Positions 1 to 10,526 of a stretch of 64,000 nt of DNA are shown here, one piece after another; the first letter of the stretch is position 1; each line of letters begins with the position of its first letter. Both the position numbers and the translations under genes were made by a program. Location: IMG/VR virus record IMGVR_UViG_3300027985_001623, positions 34,504 through 98,503 of that record. One strand, 5' to 3'. The DNA is from a virus. The notes beneath the pieces are model-generated. The model did no database searches. It was not told where the DNA came from and saw nothing but the letters and a program-made list of their open reading frames with translations.

Positions 1-322
1 TTGCCGGGGAAGTCTTCACCGAAATCGTGGATTGCCCGTTTGGGGCAATCCGCCCAGTTGTGTTGCGGATATCACCAGCCAGCCGAGCGAATGCGGCGGT
101 CACCCGCCAGTGCTGAGGCAAAGTCGCTGACAACAACGTGAAAAGCACGTAGGCAGCGCCAAGTGCTTGCAGAATCTCAGTCCCGCTCGGGAATGTGGAG
201 AAGTCCATACCCAGAACATTACAACGAATTACAGCGTTTCAAGGGTAAAATAACGCGATGTAGCGAAAATAAAACGGAGACATTACAGTGTCCCTGTAAT
301 GTTTTCCCTGTAGCGAAAATTA

Positions 323-574
323 CTAGCGTGCGCACGATTGCGTCGACTCTTTGTGGATCGTACGCGAGGTCGCGGCCCGGCGCTCGCAACGCCGAACTAG
401 GTTGTGGAGCTCCGCCACATGGGACTCTTGGGCCGACGCCTCAGAACGAAGGAGGTTTAAGTTTCGCGAAACTTTGGCGTCTAGCGCCTGCATTCGCTGC
501 CGACGTTGGCGACAGATCCCAAGAAAAACAAGAACACGGTGGAAGAAAGCGTTAATCGTCATGTTTTTCACCAT
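323..574 (-). CDS. small coiled-coil protein of the lysis/tail-end cluster
   Basis: 83-aa ORF overlapping the holin-like gene; hydrophobic N-term VLVFLGIC then helical segment. Confidence 0.5.
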   Translation of the reverse strand: MVKNMTINAFFHRVLVFLGICRQRRQRMQALDAKVSRNLNLLRSEASAQESHVAELHNLVRRCERRAATSRTIHKESTQSCAR

Positions 575-806
575 CTTTGAGCGCGCCGGAGCGTGCTAAG
601 GCCTGTTCGAGACTTGAAACCGCAACGCTATGGTTGCGCACGACCTCGATTACGCGTGCTGACGCTTCGGTCAGATACGCTTCAAATTTACGTTGCGTGG
701 TTCGTCGTTCACGTCGTTCGATAAAATAGAGAGCTATGAACACGCTTGACATGGCGTGAGCGCCATAGATTTGTAAAAAGGACGCGAGGCTCTCTAGGTT
801 TTCCAT
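552..806 (-). CDS. putative holin-like membrane protein
   Basis: single N-terminal TM (LQIYGAHAMSSVFIALYFI) followed by charged coiled coil; directly after tail fibre genes. Confidence 0.5.
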   Translation of the reverse strand: MENLESLASFLQIYGAHAMSSVFIALYFIERRERRTTQRKFEAYLTEASARVIEVVRNHSVAVSSLEQALARSGALKDGEKHDD

Positions 807-905
807 GTTTACGTCACATTAAAAAGGATCCGTGGATACGTGAGCTCCGCCAAGATCTCAATCGGAACGGGTTCTTGTCGTCGAAGTGTCATCAATCGCT
901 GCGTT

Positions 906-1754
906 TCACGGGAACACCGTGAGTGTCATGATTGAACCGGCCATCAGTGTCGCATCCTGCCCCGACGACGCCGCGGCCCAGATGACCTCCATATTTCCAC
1001 CAGATGCGTGGGCTGTGAACATGGCCTCGTAGACAGTGATTCTATCGCTGTTGGATGTCGGGATATTCCCAGAGGTCGCGCATACTGTATTGTTTCTGTC
1101 CTCGTTCGCTAAACTAGTCGTACCTGAGGCGCGACTAGTCACATGAAACGTAGCATCGGCCCAAAGATCGGCCGGAGTGTTCGCGCAGTTTATTCCGATG
1201 CGGCCGGCCGCATGGCCCCCTGTCAAAACCCGATGAACCGCCCTGATCCTGACTCGATGGCGCTTCCCGGCAGTGAGGGGAATCGCGTCCCAACCAGTGA
1301 CCGCAGCTGCCGTTGTGCTCGACCGGTTGAAGTTCGATGCGAGTCGATACGATGTTTCGACCGCACCGGATGCGGCGGCAGGTGTGGTCCAACCGTACCC
1401 TCCGGCTGGTAGTCGCGTCCAGACTTGGCTGGCCGTCCCACCAACCGCAGGCGAATCCGCAGGAGGGTCAAGCCCATCATGCGCAGCGACAATTGCATCG
1501 AGAGCCGAGGTCTCTGGCGCCGTCAGCGGCCCACTTCCTTCGAATTCAAACGCCCATGTGCGACCGGTTGGATCGTCAACATCAGGGATGCTCCCTGTCC
1601 CTTTATTGGCGACTCGCACCATCTCGATATTCGTCGTTATCGCCGCGTCCGCCGCGACAGTATCGATGAGCTTACGTGGCTTTATCGTGTTTCCGCCTTT
1701 TCCAACGAATGCTGTCTCTGGGTAGATAACTTGGAACGTCATATTATCCTGCAA
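906..1754 (-). CDS. tail fibre / receptor-binding accessory protein
   Basis: 282 aa, Ala/Gly/Thr-rich, beta-rich C-terminal domain; overlaps end of large fibre gene. Confidence 0.65.
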   Translation of the reverse strand: MQDNMTFQVIYPETAFVGKGGNTIKPRKLIDTVAADAAITTNIEMVRVANKGTGSIPDVDDPTGRTWAFEFEGSGPLTAPETSALDAIVAAHDGLDPPADSPAVGGTASQVWTRLPAGGYGWTTPAAASGAVETSYRLASNFNRSSTTAAAVTGWDAIPLTAGKRHRVRIRAVHRVLTGGHAAGRIGINCANTPADLWADATFHVTSRASGTTSLANEDRNNTVCATSGNIPTSNSDRITVYEAMFTAHASGGNMEVIWAAASSGQDATLMAGSIMTLTVFP

Positions 1755-4700
1755 CGTGGTGAATTGACAAAGTGGTCATGTTTGCGATTGTGTTTGGGGA
1801 ACCGCCAAAATTCGTCACGTACATCCGAAGTTGATCGTTTACGGCGAACGTGTAAAACCCCTCAGCGGACATTGTCGTGTAGTTATCGGTTGCCTGCTCG
1901 GCGGAGCTGCGTTGCCCCTGAATAACTGTCGTAAAAGAACCGCCGACTCCTCGCATGAGTTCCATCAGGATGGAACCAACTCCGGATGTTGACGCGAAGA
2001 AGCTCAAGTTCCCGAGCATTCTTACAGTGCAGGCGCGCGTGAAAAGCCACGTTCCTGCACCATCGAATGTTAAGTAATCTGAGTTCGCTGCGACAGTCGC
2101 AAGGTCGAATCCAATGTAGTTCGACCCCGTGATGAGAGCCCCCGTCGTCCTCTTTGCAGCCGCCAGAGTGTTGATCCCAATCTCGATCCACGGAGAATTC
2201 GCGGATGATGCCGACCGCAACTGATAAACTCTCGAAGACGTCCCGTTATCCCGGTAGTAAAGCGCGCCGGGGAGGGCTGTTATAAGCCCATTGGGGTTTC
2301 GCGTCCCCGAGTACTGCTGCGTCAGCGCCCCATTCGACCCAGTTGCCTCCAGTGACGCTACGAGCCCCGTGTCTCCGACCGTCGATGAAATGAGTGTTGA
2401 GCCGGAGTCTTCGACGACAAGGCTGGAGCCCTGAAGAGTTAGGCCGCCCGTACCGTCCGATCGTGGGACGCGATTGTCAACCGTTCCGACTGAACCGCCG
2501 ATCGTGCCAGATCCCCCACCACCACCACCGCCAACCGTGAACTGTGATCCGAACTTGCCAGCACTGCGAAATACAGCATTTACTGAATTGAGCTGCGTAG
2601 TTCCCTGTTTTACGATCAGGTATGTACAAAGCGCGAATCCGGCTAGGAACGGGTCAGTGGCGAATATGGCATCCGCTATACCGGATATCGCCTCGGCCGA
2701 GCTATTGTAGACGTTTTGCCCGTAGTGCACCCGGATCGTCTGTGAGCTGGACTCATGATAGATCCGCTGCACCGTCCATTTGTTGACCGGCACCGCAGCT
2801 AATGTCCCGGTCCCATCGTCGTAATTATCTGGGTCGATGCTTGTCACTGGAACAGTAATAGCGAACCCACTTGGCTCCCCAGGATCCCTGCGAAGATACC
2901 CCCAGGTCACTGGGCTAATCAACGGATCGATTCCGAGTGAGCGTTGCGTTCGATCAATGTCATAATTGACGCCGTAAGCCCACGTTTCGCCAGCGGACTT
3001 TGACATCTCTAGCGTTGTACCGGCCCCAACCCATGAGAACGCGTTCCCTGAGACATTTATCGCCCCAAAGATCCCAGCGAACTGAGCAAACTCGCCCCCA
3101 AAATCGTAGGAAGCGTAAGTAAAAACCACGAAATCTGAAATCGATGTACCGTTCGGATGCGCAACGCGTCCGAGCACAATGAGCGAACGCTTCTGTGCCT
3201 CAGTAAACGCAACATCGCTTTGAACAACGGATCCGGCAGAATCAATCGCAATCCAAGTTGTCGATCGAGTCGCCAAGTAGGTCAAGGTGATCGCCGTTAG
3301 TCCGGACCATTCAACTCTCGTTACTGTCGGAAGCGGGGCAGTCGCCGATACAATCCACCCGAACCCGTCACTGAGATCAAACTTCGCGGGGTCAGCATTG
3401 ATACTGAAAACGCCGCCCTGGTACACACCAGTCGACTGGAAATATTGGAAATCATTGACATACGCGAGGATGTTCGCGCCCTGCCGAACACGGACATCGG
3501 TCGGGGGTATCCAAAGCGCTTGCGCTGGAACTACAGCAGAGTTAGTTGCTGTCAATGCGAGTTGAAGCGAGGACAAAAGCGCTCGACCCTGGTTGTCCCA
3601 GTAATAAGTGCCCCCTGTAGCAACCCGAACCCCGTCTAAAGTTGACCCGTCGACAATAACGTCAGCATTATTTCGAGTAGCGCGAATCCAGTAATACCCA
3701 CCAGCGCCCGGCACCCATGATGTGAGTTCATCCGGTGCCCACATAACGACAGTCTGATCGATGTCAGTAATATAGGATAGCGCCGTGAAAGTCGCCCACG
3801 TACCGACACCGGTAGAGTAGTGAAAACTAAGCTCCAACCCCTGCCCAGGTGGAACCACCCCGAAATCAAAATGGACACTTGAGAACTGCGTGGAATGTCC
3901 AACGTAAACAGGGTCTGCTGTCGTTGGCCACGTTGCCACACTACCCCCACCCCCGCTAGACAAAGCAACCGTCTGGTCAACCGCGCCCGGATCAACTAAG
4001 ACTTGAGTTGCGTTCGTACGACTGCCATGCGTTACGCGAGCAACCCCCACATTCCCACTTGCCGCAATAGCTGAAGCCTTAACAGTGGTCCCTGTATTGC
4101 CGAGTGCCATTGCGGCCACCGACGCCGCGCCAGCTGCGGCTGCGGTCTGGAGCTCCATAACTAGAGCACCGTAGACACCGCCCCGTAAAATGTCAAACGT
4201 GTCGACAACAAGCTTTAGAAACTTGCCCCGCGTGTAACCATTCAAGCCGTGAGTTGCGCCTACAGAAATTAGGCCATCGGTTACCGTGTCCGAGTAGATG
4301 CCAAGGCGCGCCAAATTGTTGAGAAAACCGAGATCGGATAAAGTTACAGCACTACCTTGCGCATTGTTGCCAAGTGTTCCGTTAGTCCGAACCAGCGCAT
4401 TGTCAGTACTCCCCAGAGTACCAATGATGCCTTGAGGAACGGTTTCAAGGCGGTAACGTTGCGCTGTCTGGTCGTAAAATAAGATCACCGCCGAAAGCGG
4501 GGCTACAACATAATCAGCTAAATTAGGGCAGATTACTCGGCTAACAGGAGTGGACGCCAAAGATTGATGAGCAATCGTGATGTTCCCACCTGTATCGGTG
4601 TTAAAGAACACTTTAGTGAGCGTGATTGGCACACCAAAACCAGTGATAATCTGGTTCCCGATAGTCCCCTGCAAAATGTGCGTCGCAACATCAAAATCCG

Positions 4701-5265
4701 TGGGGGTGTAGTCGTCTTCTTGGCTTGCAAGCGTCGTTGGCGTAATAACAACGGGAGACCCTCCACTTCCCGGAGTCAATGCGTCAAGCTTTTCAAGCGC
4801 CTGATAAAGGAGCTTCCTTGACGCATTATTGTCGCCATCCCAGCCGAAGGGTTGGCCACCCAAGTTCATCTCGTCTGGCTTCCCTCCCGCTCCAGTTAGA
4901 GGGAGCGGGTCCGGATTTCGCTGGTACGGAGGGGCGATAAGACCCAAGGGAAATGGGACCGCGAAACACCGGATATCCGTTTCCGTGTCCGTCACCACCG
5001 TACCCGCAACCGTCAGACGAAGTCTATACGTCCCCGCCACATCGGGAGTAAACGCAAACGTCGTTGTTGGTCCGGGGCCCTGCACCGTGAGCGGTACTGC
5101 GCTTCCTGGCGGCACATAGAGCATTTCGTACTTCCAAGAAATAACGCCCGTGTCATCACCGTTAGAAACAGTGCACGCGCCGTCAGTAAGCGTGCCGACC
5201 ACTCCCTCGCCAGCCAAGCCAGAGTTGGGCCCCTGAATGAATCGAATTAGTGCTTGTACGGCCAT
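1744..5265 (-). CDS. large tail fibre protein
   Basis: 1173 aa; PKD/Ig-like N-terminus (FTPDVAGTYRLRLTV), poly-Gly linkers, repeated GSTDNALVR/GTVDNRVPR segments, beta-sandwich C-terminus; follows baseplate genes. Confidence 0.8.
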   Translation of the reverse strand: MAVQALIRFIQGPNSGLAGEGVVGTLTDGACTVSNGDDTGVISWKYEMLYVPPGSAVPLTVQGPGPTTTFAFTPDVAGTYRLRLTVAGTVVTDTETDIRCFAVPFPLGLIAPPYQRNPDPLPLTGAGGKPDEMNLGGQPFGWDGDNNASRKLLYQALEKLDALTPGSGGSPVVITPTTLASQEDDYTPTDFDVATHILQGTIGNQIITGFGVPITLTKVFFNTDTGGNITIAHQSLASTPVSRVICPNLADYVVAPLSAVILFYDQTAQRYRLETVPQGIIGTLGSTDNALVRTNGTLGNNAQGSAVTLSDLGFLNNLARLGIYSDTVTDGLISVGATHGLNGYTRGKFLKLVVDTFDILRGGVYGALVMELQTAAAAGAASVAAMALGNTGTTVKASAIAASGNVGVARVTHGSRTNATQVLVDPGAVDQTVALSSGGGGSVATWPTTADPVYVGHSTQFSSVHFDFGVVPPGQGLELSFHYSTGVGTWATFTALSYITDIDQTVVMWAPDELTSWVPGAGGYYWIRATRNNADVIVDGSTLDGVRVATGGTYYWDNQGRALLSSLQLALTATNSAVVPAQALWIPPTDVRVRQGANILAYVNDFQYFQSTGVYQGGVFSINADPAKFDLSDGFGWIVSATAPLPTVTRVEWSGLTAITLTYLATRSTTWIAIDSAGSVVQSDVAFTEAQKRSLIVLGRVAHPNGTSISDFVVFTYASYDFGGEFAQFAGIFGAINVSGNAFSWVGAGTTLEMSKSAGETWAYGVNYDIDRTQRSLGIDPLISPVTWGYLRRDPGEPSGFAITVPVTSIDPDNYDDGTGTLAAVPVNKWTVQRIYHESSSQTIRVHYGQNVYNSSAEAISGIADAIFATDPFLAGFALCTYLIVKQGTTQLNSVNAVFRSAGKFGSQFTVGGGGGGGSGTIGGSVGTVDNRVPRSDGTGGLTLQGSSLVVEDSGSTLISSTVGDTGLVASLEATGSNGALTQQYSGTRNPNGLITALPGALYYRDNGTSSRVYQLRSASSANSPWIEIGINTLAAAKRTTGALITGSNYIGFDLATVAANSDYLTFDGAGTWLFTRACTVRMLGNLSFFASTSGVGSILMELMRGVGGSFTTVIQGQRSSAEQATDNYTTMSAEGFYTFAVNDQLRMYVTNFGGSPNTIANMTTLSIHHVAG

Positions 5266-5268
5266 GTT

Positions 5269-6951
5269 TTAGTGCCCGATCCAGAAACCTTGAATTTTGT
5301 AAGACCCGCTAGTGAGTGTCAAGGGAATCGACCCGACACCATTAGCAGCAACAGTAATCACCATTTTATAGGCAGAAGACGAGGCAACGCCAATGATGTC
5401 AGTGGACGGTAAAACGAAATCAAACGTTGCACGAAGCTCGCTTGTGTTGCCCGATGGAATGCCGACAAACGAAAACTCTTTCGAGTTGTTTACTGCATTT
5501 CCTAGACCGTCCTGAAACTCAACCGTGACGACGAAGTTCTCCGTGATAGCTCCCGGAGTTACTAGCAACCCAAGCTCTACAGTGATGCCAGAACAGTAAC
5601 CCGGGATAGCTCCGGCTTGTGTGGCTACTGTGCCGAACGACACCTCTTTCGTCACAAACCCGGTGCCGGCGGCCGAAGAAATCGTGTCGAAAATAAACGG
5701 GCCATTAGCCCCCGCAACAAAACCGTCGCGACGAACAACTGTCGACACGTTGCCGAACGTCTCTTGACGAAAAATTGCAACGACGGACGCCGGATGCGTG
5801 CCTATGATTCCGTAATCGGCGGGGAGCAGTACGGGTGCGGATAGCTTCCCGCTACTAAGCACATCGCACGAAAGGCTGTCCGCTATAATGTATAGCCCCC
5901 AGTTGTCGGAAGGTTCTCGTTCACCGGTTATCGCTGAGTTGCCCGTGGTGTATCGACTCCAGCGGGGCAAACCGTAGGGCTCTACTGCGAGAACGTACAT
6001 CCATCGCGCCGAGTTTGGCGTAGCCATCGACACGGCGTAATCGCTAGTCGTAAACGCCCAATTCGTCGTTTCAACATCGGGTCCGCCAGGCCGAGTTGGT
6101 GCGATACGTCCGCGCATTCGATAATAACCATGGACAGTGAACGAGCCACTAAACGAGTTTGTCGTATTCGCTTGCAGATCAAACGTCCCCCCGATCTGCG
6201 TGCCAGAATTGTTCATCCCGTAATAGTGCCCGTTCTTAGCAATGAACCTATTGCCGAGAACCATTCTCGTATCGCCGCTAATGCGGCTGGCCAGCAAAGG
6301 CCGAACGTCGTAGAGGTCAACATCGGCGAAAGTCGACGTAGCCCCGTTATGAATGAGCACGCAAAGCGGCAACGACCCCGTGGTGACCCCAGGATACCCG
6401 GCCCCAGAAGATCCTTGGCGAATAGTAAATTGCAGTGACACCTGCAACGTATTCGTTAGCAAAGTGGCCGTAAACACACCCGTCGTCGGATTATAGATAT
6501 CCTGGCTCGTCGTGGTTATGGTCTCAACAAGTGCCGCTTCAACAATGTCAATTCGAATGCCTGACCCGTTCGCAACAAACGGCAACTCCGTAGCACTCGT
6601 CACGCCATCCGAGCTCACCAGCATGTAGTCCGAATCAACCGCGGAATTGTAACTGGTCGTTGTCCCGTGAACACCGAGAATGCCGGGCGACACGAGAAGG
6701 TAGTTTGAAAACGGGCGTACCTTCAGACCAGTGGTGACATCCGCCGAAACTCCCGTGCCGTTTACCGGAGAAACAAATTCGTTCCATGAGCTGTTATCAG
6801 AATTGCCCAACACAAACGAGTCGTTGTACATCCGGCGAAAAGCGTTAGTAAACGATGCTGCCGTGAAGTGCTGCAAAGCGTTTATGTCCGTGGACAACGC
6901 TCGGGATAAGTTTTGGATAACTTGTGTTTTTACGCCGCTGTTGTTGCTCAT
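5269..6951 (-). CDS. tail fibre attachment / baseplate-associated protein
   Basis: 560 aa; N-terminal RIDIV...LPLCVL...DVRP pattern typical of fibre N-termini; position between baseplate and fibre. Confidence 0.6.
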   Translation of the reverse strand: MSNNSGVKTQVIQNLSRALSTDINALQHFTAASFTNAFRRMYNDSFVLGNSDNSSWNEFVSPVNGTGVSADVTTGLKVRPFSNYLLVSPGILGVHGTTTSYNSAVDSDYMLVSSDGVTSATELPFVANGSGIRIDIVEAALVETITTTSQDIYNPTTGVFTATLLTNTLQVSLQFTIRQGSSGAGYPGVTTGSLPLCVLIHNGATSTFADVDLYDVRPLLASRISGDTRMVLGNRFIAKNGHYYGMNNSGTQIGGTFDLQANTTNSFSGSFTVHGYYRMRGRIAPTRPGGPDVETTNWAFTTSDYAVSMATPNSARWMYVLAVEPYGLPRWSRYTTGNSAITGEREPSDNWGLYIIADSLSCDVLSSGKLSAPVLLPADYGIIGTHPASVVAIFRQETFGNVSTVVRRDGFVAGANGPFIFDTISSAAGTGFVTKEVSFGTVATQAGAIPGYCSGITVELGLLVTPGAITENFVVTVEFQDGLGNAVNNSKEFSFVGIPSGNTSELRATFDFVLPSTDIIGVASSSAYKMVITVAANGVGSIPLTLTSGSYKIQGFWIGH

Positions 6952-6962
6952 GGTGGTTCCGC

Positions 6963-8174
6963 TTACAAAGGTTCTTGAATAAGGTTATAGCCAACGCCTG
7001 CGGCGTGCTTGGAAAGAAGGAGGTCCCAAATAGCTCGATAGAAAGCCCCGCTATACGTCGAGTAGCCATCGTAAGCGGAATCTTTCGCGGTTAGGCCAGG
7101 GGCATCATACGCATTCGCCAACGGATACGCAGCAGCAGGCGAAACGTCATAACAAAGCCCAAAATCGCGAGAGTCGTTGACACGCGGAACTTCAACAAGA
7201 AAGAATCCGCGTGAATCGATTGAGTTTACGAGCAACTTAAACCGGTCACTCGGGCGAAACGCGGGGATCATATCCCACGCGAAATTACGATCCGGATTTT
7301 GCGGGGCGTCAGAACTACTACCAGCATCATAGTAGATCCCCGTGAAATTCGGGTACCCAATTTCTCGCAGCGTGCACGACCACGCCGGGTTACGTGCTCG
7401 AAGCAGTCGGTTGACACCACGAGTAATCGCCGCCGGAGAGACCGTGTCGGGAGACTCCGTCACGCGGAGACGAAACTCGTCGTCACTTTCAAACTCGTTC
7501 CTGAGAATGCCGAAATCTCGGGCTCGCGCATCTAAGTCCGCCGACCTGCCGCCACTGGTGGGGTTAATTTGTCGAATCGTCACTGACGGGTCAAAAGTCA
7601 CCGGATCCGTCACAAGATACCGGATCTCCGCAACCTCCCCGGCGATTATCTCACCGTTGCGTGCGACAAGCTCGCCTGTCGTGTTGTACTCGAAACCAAC
7701 ATCGACAGCCTCAATTGGCACCAAAAACGGACCTAAGTTCAAAGCGTCAAACGCCTGATCGACTGTCGTGACAAAATCTCGCCCGTCAACCGTGCCCACC
7801 CGTGTTCCGCGTTTCAGCGTGTACGCCGAAGTATCTGTCTTCCAAATCTCAATGAACCCAGTTGATTTGAGCCCGCCATCCGCGGTTATCACGTACGAAC
7901 CACACTCAAAGTTATTGATGCTCGTAGAAATGCGCGCAGCAATCTTAGCATTCGCTTGAAGCAACTCGTAACCGCTGTTTTTAGAGGCTTTTAGTCCAGC
8001 AATGTAGTCGCTTGGATAGGCTCGATCGAGAACACCAAGAAAATACACTTGCCCCTGCACTACTGCCGTACACGTGACTTTCGCCCCAGTTACCGGAGGG
8101 GCAATCTCGGGCGCTAGTGTCCACGAGGTGATTCCCGCGGGCTCCGTCGTCGTATACTGCACCGAATACGCCAT
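6963..8174 (-). CDS. second baseplate J-like (wedge) protein
   Basis: KRGTRVGT, ESDDEFRLR motifs; ATG at 8174 overlaps the upstream stop (TAATG), preferred over TTG at 8234. Confidence 0.7.
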   Translation of the reverse strand: MAYSVQYTTTEPAGITSWTLAPEIAPPVTGAKVTCTAVVQGQVYFLGVLDRAYPSDYIAGLKASKNSGYELLQANAKIAARISTSINNFECGSYVITADGGLKSTGFIEIWKTDTSAYTLKRGTRVGTVDGRDFVTTVDQAFDALNLGPFLVPIEAVDVGFEYNTTGELVARNGEIIAGEVAEIRYLVTDPVTFDPSVTIRQINPTSGGRSADLDARARDFGILRNEFESDDEFRLRVTESPDTVSPAAITRGVNRLLRARNPAWSCTLREIGYPNFTGIYYDAGSSSDAPQNPDRNFAWDMIPAFRPSDRFKLLVNSIDSRGFFLVEVPRVNDSRDFGLCYDVSPAAAYPLANAYDAPGLTAKDSAYDGYSTYSGAFYRAIWDLLLSKHAAGVGYNLIQEPL

Positions 8175-8518
8175 TAAAGGAGCTCCCCCGCCGAGTTGAA
8201 CGCGTAAATAACCAGACGCGGGTTGTCCGGCCAAATAGGGCGGCCTTGCGGCGCATTTCTGCTGATAGAGAGCTGAAATCGTTGGTACCCCGCATCAACG
8301 ACAGGCGTAATCAACGACCCAGAGAACAACGGCATAAACCCTATGCCAGAAGACGGGTCGCCAGCGTAAGCGAACTCTTGCATCGTAGCGCCAGCATAGA
8401 AAATGCCCACAATGACGTGTGTCAAAGTATTCGGATTATCCGTGCGCACATCAAACCCCAACGCCTGTGTGGGATCGATGGGGCCCGCCACCGGAAACAC
8501 ATTAACGACTTCGATCAT
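8174..8518 (-). CDS. small baseplate-region protein
   Basis: 114 aa, overlaps both neighbours (translational coupling). Confidence 0.6.
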   Translation of the reverse strand: MIEVVNVFPVAGPIDPTQALGFDVRTDNPNTLTHVIVGIFYAGATMQEFAYAGDPSSGIGFMPLFSGSLITPVVDAGYQRFQLSISRNAPQGRPIWPDNPRLVIYAFNSAGELL

Positions 8519-9681
8519 GCAGACACCTGTAAGTAGGAAGCTACAGTGATGAGACTCTCACTCGTTCGAAACGCCGTGGTTGCACCCGCCACCAAATCAG
8601 ACGTGGGCGAAACAACGGACCCGCCGAGCGGTTCAACACCAGGAACTCTGGCGATCGCGTTATCCAAATCCGCAATAACCAAGTTTTCGCCTGAAGTGAG
8701 GCCGTTGACGTAATCTTGAGCAAACGCCTTTGCTTGGCTCAAAACAGAGGCCTCTTCGAACCCCAAACGAACGCGCAAAGCTAGCGTAATAGCAACAAGC
8801 GAAACAACACCAACCGAAGTCACCACATAGATGCCAGCAGCTCGAAACTCTTCAAGCGCGGCATTCACGGAAGTAGCCAAACTTTGAGCCTGTGCATCGT
8901 AAACTGGTGTCGTCTCGGATGCTTGAACAAACTGTTCAGCAAACTGGTCGGTCACGACCACTTGCACCCAACGAGCAGGATCCCCGAATTCGTTAGTCGC
9001 ATCATAAGCTGCGGCAGTTCGAACCCCCGGAACGGTCAACGCCCCACGAACCAACGCCGGATGTGTGCCTCGATACGCCGTTGAATAGAAAAGTTGTGCG
9101 CGTGACCGTAGTTCTGAATCAAGTTCGGCATTCCCGGCGCCAACAGTCGCCAGCGCATTTGAAACCGTGAGGTCACTCGGCGCTCCAACAACAGCTGCTG
9201 GAATCGACGTAATGGTTCCGGGGCGCGCGTGCTGGTCCAAGCCGGCCAATGTCGATACAACGGCCACGGTGACTGGCCCAGTTGACGCTGTTGGAAACGA
9301 CGCAGCGGCAGTCGTCAAAAACTCCGTGCCCGACGCGGTGGTGACCTTCGTGCCCACTGGTATCGTGAACCCCAAAGCAACGGGCGTTGTCGTCCGAAAC
9401 TGCACCTCCCCAAGGGCGGGAGTGGCTCCGTTCCGAGTAAGCCGATACCGGTCGAAAACAAGACGGTCCAATTTTTCTTTGGCCGCCGAAGTCAAAAACG
9501 AATCCGCCGTAACCCGCGCCAATTGGCCGACCAGCTCATCCCCAACAACCGCCCCCGCGGCGACAATCGCATTCGCGTCGGTTCCGGGACGATCGACCAC
9601 TTCGCGAGTCAACGAAGGTGAACGCGAAAGTACCTCGTCACGGGCGATCTTGAAAAGTTGGGGGAACGTTGGCGTATCCAT
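8515..9681 (-). CDS. baseplate J/gp47-like wedge protein
   Basis: LDRL, TIPVGTKV, GAGNAELDSELRSR, ALTVPGVRTA motifs. Confidence 0.9.
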   Translation of the reverse strand: MDTPTFPQLFKIARDEVLSRSPSLTREVVDRPGTDANAIVAAGAVVGDELVGQLARVTADSFLTSAAKEKLDRLVFDRYRLTRNGATPALGEVQFRTTTPVALGFTIPVGTKVTTASGTEFLTTAAASFPTASTGPVTVAVVSTLAGLDQHARPGTITSIPAAVVGAPSDLTVSNALATVGAGNAELDSELRSRAQLFYSTAYRGTHPALVRGALTVPGVRTAAAYDATNEFGDPARWVQVVVTDQFAEQFVQASETTPVYDAQAQSLATSVNAALEEFRAAGIYVVTSVGVVSLVAITLALRVRLGFEEASVLSQAKAFAQDYVNGLTSGENLVIADLDNAIARVPGVEPLGGSVVSPTSDLVAGATTAFRTSESLITVASYLQVSA

Positions 9682-9712
9682 TGTGCGAACTCAAACTTTC
9701 AGTGATCAAGCG

Positions 9713-10525
9713 TCATTGTACCACTGTCGATGGTAGAGGAATGGAGAGCTCGACGCGTTGCCCAGTTCGGCGCAAATGCGCAGAAACCCCGACGATCATA
9801 ACATGATCCGCCGAGAGGCTCACTCGAACCGCCACATTTTCTAGCTCTGGTTCCCGCGAAACCCCGTCAGATAGCTTTTTCTGAAAACCGATCAGGTCAG
9901 TCGTTGTCGGTGTGTTTTTTGCGGTAATCCCCTGCCCGTAACGGACATCTGCAAGGTGAAAGAACTCTGCCTGCGCTGTCACAATTCGCCGCACAATAAG
10001 TTTTCGCATGAGCTGCGCGCCAGATTCCTTGCGGTAATCCCCGTCGGTACCAATAACGAGTCCTCCGTTGAGCTGATCACCTTCTACCTGAGGATTGAAC
10101 AAATCAAGAAGTGGTCGCCGAGCCACGATTGGCGTCTGCACCGACGGCATTCCCAGAAAGTTGCCGTATTTTGGTTCGACAAACGGCTCCCCTAAGTACC
10201 CGACAAGGTTTGCCGCAATCACCTGGTAGCCCGTGAAACTCGACGTAAACGGCTGCGTCATGACGAACTCTACGGCCAAAACCGTGGAAGGCACTGCGCG
10301 GCTCGCCAGGAGTGCAACAACCTCCGCCGTGTCCAAATTGGTGAGTACAAAATTTGACAAATTTGAAGCGTCAGTCGGTCCAATCGGTGAATTGAAGGTT
10401 GGGCGCGCGGAAAAAACAACAATGAACGACTGTGATGATGACGCGTAAGCGCGCTCAACCCAGAATCCGGACCCTGAAGTCGAGCCCCCGCCCCAGCCCG
10501 TTCCGAACGAAGTTCCCCAAGCCAT
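9713..10525 (-). CDS. baseplate gp25/gpW-like sheath initiator with N-terminal Ig-like extension
   Basis: C-terminal RRIVTAQAEFFH..YGQGI...EPELENVAV pattern; position just before J. Confidence 0.65.
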   Translation of the reverse strand: MAWGTSFGTGWGGGSTSGSGFWVERAYASSSQSFIVVFSARPTFNSPIGPTDASNLSNFVLTNLDTAEVVALLASRAVPSTVLAVEFVMTQPFTSSFTGYQVIAANLVGYLGEPFVEPKYGNFLGMPSVQTPIVARRPLLDLFNPQVEGDQLNGGLVIGTDGDYRKESGAQLMRKLIVRRIVTAQAEFFHLADVRYGQGITAKNTPTTTDLIGFQKKLSDGVSREPELENVAVRVSLSADHVMIVGVSAHLRRTGQRVELSIPLPSTVVQ

Positions 10526-10526
10526 A

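Noticed and set aside
1744-6951. Diversity-generating retroelement or invertible fibre cassette
   Set aside because: No reverse transcriptase, invertase or TR/VR repeat pair noticed in the window.
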